A stretch of DNA of 64,000 nt, taken from positions 16,378 to 80,377 of the forward strand of contig WGSN01000007.1 of assembly GCA_014871645.1 (NCBI GenBank), given 5' to 3'. Positions 59,774-64,000 of the stretch are shown one piece after another. How positions within the stretch are numbered: the first letter of the stretch is position 1; each line of letters begins with the position of its first letter. This DNA is from Collinsella sp. Lineage in GTDB: Bacteria > Actinomycetota > Coriobacteriia > Coriobacteriales > Coriobacteriaceae. Below the pieces are notes generated by a model. It was given only the letters and a program-made list of their open reading frames with translations, ran no database searches and had not been told where the DNA came from. Made by a program: the position numbers and the translations under genes.

Positions 59774-59799
59774 ACCACTCAGTGCCACAAGCTAACAGC

Positions 59800-59886
59800 A
59801 GGGGCCCGCTCGGAACTCATGACCGAGCGGGCCCCTTCATAGATTTTGGAATAAAAGGGCGCCGCGGATGGAGTTCCGCGGCGCCC
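59800..59886. terminator. Paired terminator hairpins between convergent rpiB and ndk
   Basis: Two GC-rich stems (59800-59836, 59857-59886). Confidence 0.7.
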
Positions 59887-59924
59887 AAGCCACACGCTAA
59901 CAGCTTTAAGGAGTCAAAGCTGGT

Positions 59925-60329
59925 TTAGCCAAAGAAGCGCTTGATCTCAATCTCGGCGTTCTCCAGGCAGTCGGAGCCGTGGATCACGTTGGCGTTGACA
60001 TCGACAGCGAAGTCGCCGCGGATGGTACCAGGAGCAGCGTCAAGCGGATTAGTAGCGCCCATGAGGGTGCGCATCTTAGCAACAGCGGAGAGACCGGAAA
60101 CGACCATCTTGACGACCGGACCGCTCGTCATAAAGTCGCAGAGACCGCCAAAGAAGGGCTTGTCGGCCAGATGGGCGTAGTGCTCCTCGACGGTAGCGCG
60201 CTCGAGCGTGGTCATCTCCATGCGCTCGATGACAAGGCCGCTGCGCTCAATGCGAGCAACGATCTCGCCGATCTTGCGGTCGCGCACGGCGTCGGGCTTA
60301 ATCATGATGAAGGTCTTCTCGATAGCCAT
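59925..60329 (-). CDS. ndk: Nucleoside diphosphate kinase
   Basis: IKPDAV, PGTIRGDF, NVIHGSD motifs. Confidence 0.96.
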   Translation of the reverse strand: MAIEKTFIMIKPDAVRDRKIGEIVARIERSGLVIERMEMTTLERATVEEHYAHLADKPFFGGLCDFMTSGPVVKMVVSGLSAVAKMRTLMGATNPLDAAPGTIRGDFAVDVNANVIHGSDCLENAEIEIKRFFG

Positions 60330-60714
60330 AAAAGTAGCCTTTCAAGTAGGTTCGCGCGTGCCCAAGTCCCATTCCGGCACCCGCCTGGACTGCATCGTAA
60401 CAGAGTTTTAGCTGCAGTTAAACAAAAAGCTGTTTATTGAAACGTTGCAATTTATTAAAGCGCTCCATATGTGTCACTTCTGTTTCGAAGCCCGATTAGA
60501 GTACCATCCGACCGCCCATCAACCGCGCCGAACAGAGCAGGCGGTCGGTTGCCGCCCGCGAACGTATCCCCTTCACAACCTGCCCAAAGGTCCTACAGAA
60601 GTTCTCGACAAGCCCCTCCCCCATAGCAACAAAATACGGGCTTCCACATCAGCAGGCGCCCGTAAAGCGAAAACGATTTATCAATAAATGGACAATACGT
60701 CTTCAGCCAAACCT

Positions 60715-62145
60715 CTACTTTGCCCCGTGACCCATCTCGACGACCTTGGTTAGCGATCCAAACACACCTTCGTCGACCACGAGCTGCGCCTCGGCACGCT
60801 GCAGCTGCACGGCAACGGCGGCAGGGGCGGTGCCGCCCTCGGTCGTGCGCGCGGCGACAATCGACGGGATGTCGAGCGCCTCGGTAATGTCGTGCTCAAA
60901 GAGCGGGCTTGCCTCCTGGAACACCTCAAACGGCAGGTCCTCAAGATTGCAGCCGCGCTTCTCACACATCAGAACCAAATGCCCCACCACGGCATGTGCC
61001 TCGCGGAACGGCAGGCCACGCTTGGCCAGGTAATCGGCAACATCGGTAGCGGCAAGGTGCCCCACGCCGCACTCGCGCGCCATGGCATCCTCGTTGACGG
61101 TCCAAGTCGAAATCATTCCGGCCATAACCGACAGGCACTGCATGAGCGTATGGGCGGTATCGAGCGCGCCCTCCTTGTCCTCCTGCAAGTCCTTGTTATA
61201 AGCAAGCGGCAGGCCCTTCATGGTCACGAGCAGCTGCACCAGGTTGCCATAGACACGGCCGCTCTTGCCGCGAATAAGCTCGGCAAAGTCGGGATTCTTC
61301 TTCTGCGGCATGATGGACGAGCCGGTGGAGTAGGAGTCTGAAAGCGTGATAAAGCCAAATTCGGAGCTCGACCACAGCACGATCTCCTCGGAAAGACGCG
61401 ACAGGTGCATGGCCATGACGGAGCCAGCGTAATGCAGATCGAGCAGGAAATCACGGTCGGAAACAGCATCGAGTGAGTTAGGAATCACGCCCGCAAAGCC
61501 AAGTTCGGCAGCCGTCATCTGGCGATCGAGCGGATAGCTCGTACCGGCAAGCGCGGCAGCACCCAGCGGGCAGTTGTCGGCGGCATCAAAGGCGGCCTTC
61601 AAGCGTGTAAAGTCGCGCGCGAACATCCAGGAATACGCCAGCAGATGATGCGAGAGCAGCACGGGCTGAGCGTGCTGCATATGCGTGTAACCCGGCAGAA
61701 TCACCTTGTCGTACTTCTTAGCCGCATCCACCAGCACATGGCGCAGCTCAAGATTGGCCTCCATGAGCTCCTTGGCCAGCGCCTTGACGCCCAGGCGCGT
61801 ATCGGTCGCCACCTGGTCGTTGCGCGAACGCCCAGTATGCAAGCGCTTGCCAGCCTCGCCGATGCGACGCGTCAGCTCGCTCTCGATGGACATATGAATG
61901 TCCTCATCGTTGATGTCGAAGGTAAAGTTGCCGGCATCGATATCCTGTTCGATTCCGGTCAGGCCCTTGGCAATCGCCTGCTCGTCCTCGGCACTGATGA
62001 TGCCCTGGGCGGCCAACATCTTGGCATGCGCCTTAGAGCCGGCGATATCCTGCTTATAGAGATGTTTGTCGACCGGCAGCGACGCGCCAAACTCCTGCGT
62101 GACCTCGGCCACGCCCGCCTCAAAACGACCGCCCCAAAGAGCCAT
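60715..62145 (-). CDS. argH: Argininosuccinate lyase
   Basis: LWGGRF, HTGRSRNDQ, GSSIMPQKKNPD motifs. Confidence 0.97.
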   Translation of the reverse strand: MALWGGRFEAGVAEVTQEFGASLPVDKHLYKQDIAGSKAHAKMLAAQGIISAEDEQAIAKGLTGIEQDIDAGNFTFDINDEDIHMSIESELTRRIGEAGKRLHTGRSRNDQVATDTRLGVKALAKELMEANLELRHVLVDAAKKYDKVILPGYTHMQHAQPVLLSHHLLAYSWMFARDFTRLKAAFDAADNCPLGAAALAGTSYPLDRQMTAAELGFAGVIPNSLDAVSDRDFLLDLHYAGSVMAMHLSRLSEEIVLWSSSEFGFITLSDSYSTGSSIMPQKKNPDFAELIRGKSGRVYGNLVQLLVTMKGLPLAYNKDLQEDKEGALDTAHTLMQCLSVMAGMISTWTVNEDAMARECGVGHLAATDVADYLAKRGLPFREAHAVVGHLVLMCEKRGCNLEDLPFEVFQEASPLFEHDITEALDIPSIVAARTTEGGTAPAAVAVQLQRAEAQLVVDEGVFGSLTKVVEMGHGAK

Positions 62146-62667
62146 GGAACCGTCTCCTTTCTCCAAATACCAAAACAAGCGTCCAAAGCAATGTGCCCTG
62201 TCGCTAAAGCGATTTATCAACCGCTAGTTTTACACACTCCCTGCCGCGCGCGGGGCCATGTGGCTAATTTGCAAAGAAGTGACGCACCATGCACTTGGCG
62301 CCCAACGTCTCCCTCCGGATGTTGCCCTGCGAACCATCGATCCAGGCCTTCAGGCTCATAGGAACGTCCTCGACCCTTACAGCATCGAACTCGGGCGCGA
62401 GGGCAAGCAAAGCATGCGCGATAGCATTGAACATAATGGATACTCCTCATATATATAGGCACAGAGCCGCCAAATTGATAGAAGGAGCCCCGCCGGACAA
62501 CCCCGGCGGGGCTCGGACTCAGCCGCAGACGCGGCATCATATATGCGGGCGGAACGTAGGGGCCACCGATGTTAAGAAGTGTCAGCAAGCATAACGAAAG
62601 GTAGGGACCCCGTGCGCCCGTTATGTATCACGCGGATGGGCCGCGCGGATACCAAGGGAAGGAGGCG

Positions 62668-63894
62668 CTAGGCCTGGGCAGCAGCAGAGCTGGGGCCCTG
62701 GACCTTTGCCCACGTCTTGAGCGACAGCGTATCGATCTCGATAAAGCCGGCGCTGGCCTTCTCGTCAAACGTGGTGTCGCGGTCGTAGGTAGCCAGGCCG
62801 TAGTCGTAGAGGCTGAAGGGACTCTTGCGGCCGACGACATGGCAGTTGCCCTTAAAGAACTTCAGACGGACAGTGCCGGTCACGAACTTCTGGGTATCGG
62901 CCATAAAGGCGTCGAGCGCGTTCTTGAGCGGGCTGTACCACTGGCCGTTGTACACGGCGGTGGCCCAATCCTGCTCGAGCTTGATCTTGGTCTTGAGCAG
63001 GTCGCCCTCGACGCAGATGTCCTCGAGCGCCTTGTGGGCGGTGATGAGCGTCAGGGCGCCGGGAACCTCATAGCACTCGCGGCTCTTGAGGCCCACCAGA
63101 CGATCCTCGACCAGGTCAAGACGGCCAAAGCCGTTGTCGCCCGAAATCTTGTTGAGGGCGATGACGATCTCGGAGAGCTTCATCTTCTTGCCGTCGACGG
63201 CGACAGGCTTGCCGGCCTCAAACTCGATCTCGGTATAGGTCGGGGTGTCAGGCGTGTCCTCGGGGTTCTTGGTCATAACCCAAGCGTCATCGAGCGGCTC
63301 ATTCCAAGGGTCCTCCAGGTGACCGCACTCGATGGCGCGACCCCACAGGTTGTCGTCGATGGAGTAGGGGTTGTCGTTGGCACCCTCGGGAACCGGCACG
63401 TTGTGGGCGTGGGCATAGGCGACCTCGTCGGGACGGCACTTCAGGTCCCACTCGCGAACCGGGGCGATAACCTTGAGCTCGGGGTCGAGGGCCTTGACGG
63501 CGGCCTCAAAACGGACCTGATCGTTACCTTTGCCAGTGCAGCCGTGGGCGACGTAGGTCGCGCCAAACTCGTGGGCGACCTCAACAAGCTTCTTGGCAAG
63601 CAGCGGGCGAGACAGGGCGGAGAGCAGCGGATACTTATTCTCGTACATGGAGTTTGCGGCGATGGCTTTGGTCAGGAACTCATCGGAGAACTCGTCGCGC
63701 AGGTCGAGCACCTGGCAATCGAGAACGCCCAGGTCGAGCGCCTTCTGCTTCTTGGCATCCAGTCCGGTCTCTTCCTGGCCCACGTTGCCGCAGACGCAAA
63801 CGACATCGAGATTCTTCTCGTCCTGGAGCCACTTGACACATACGGATGTATCAAGACCACCGGAATATGCGAGAACGACTTTTTCCTTGCTCAT
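62668..63894 (-). CDS. argG: Argininosuccinate synthase
   Basis: AYSGGLDTS, HGCTGKGNDQVRF, KSRECYE motifs. Confidence 0.97.
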   Translation of the reverse strand: MSKEKVVLAYSGGLDTSVCVKWLQDEKNLDVVCVCGNVGQEETGLDAKKQKALDLGVLDCQVLDLRDEFSDEFLTKAIAANSMYENKYPLLSALSRPLLAKKLVEVAHEFGATYVAHGCTGKGNDQVRFEAAVKALDPELKVIAPVREWDLKCRPDEVAYAHAHNVPVPEGANDNPYSIDDNLWGRAIECGHLEDPWNEPLDDAWVMTKNPEDTPDTPTYTEIEFEAGKPVAVDGKKMKLSEIVIALNKISGDNGFGRLDLVEDRLVGLKSRECYEVPGALTLITAHKALEDICVEGDLLKTKIKLEQDWATAVYNGQWYSPLKNALDAFMADTQKFVTGTVRLKFFKGNCHVVGRKSPFSLYDYGLATYDRDTTFDEKASAGFIEIDTLSLKTWAKVQGPSSAAAQA

Positions 63895-64000
63895 GGCTGT
63901 TTCCTTTCGCCCTTGGTAGCTAGTTAGAACATCGGTCAGTTGCAAGTCATTTCAAGGTCATATACCGTGCAATATCAGGTTAAATAGCAAAAATCAGCAC

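Noticed and set aside
498..63927. Many long plus-strand ORFs (e.g. 498-2873, 6758-9199, 10049-12697, 40743-42830, 54712-56490)
   Set aside because: Antisense shadows of high-GC genes; no recognisable motifs
63940..63990. ARG box upstream of argG
   Set aside because: Only a weak partial match, and the region is cut by the window edge

Overview
High-GC anaerobe chromosome. Gene content and style suggest Coriobacteriia, probably Collinsella-like; this is an inference. About 46 kb (1-46.2 kb, mostly minus strand) is a selenium/molybdenum supercluster. It holds an XdhD/YgfM-like molybdenum hydroxylase pair, gdhA, and selA-selB-selC(tRNA-Sec)-mobA. It also holds an orphan Psr/Phs-type molybdoenzyme and a complete formate hydrogenlyase-2 locus (hydN, Sec-containing fdhF, hyfA-J, hycI, focA). 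A second selenium operon encodes two double-cubane/HgdAB-fold proteins, an activase, a GT4 glycosyltransferase, Sec-containing selD, yedF, DUF3343 and a SufS-type desulfurase, followed by modABC, moaB and moeA. Two genes (fdhF, selD) are split in the ORF track by in-frame UGA codons followed by SECIS-like hairpins. Beside tRNA-Pro/tRNA-Gly lie a RelB/PIN pair and a single AbiEi/DUF559-like nuclease gene. That gene is bounded by 38-bp inverted repeats built from a 63-bp palindrome family that also occurs as solitary copies. A second dispersed, covarying, strand-asymmetric hairpin family occurs four times. The right third is housekeeping (ClC, DAGK, arfB, xpt, MFS, metY, yigZ, rnpB, rpsA, HAD, cysteine desulfidase-like, rpiB, ndk, argH, argG). 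Best candidates for undescribed systems: the GT4-selD-double-cubane operon and the palindrome-bounded nuclease element.
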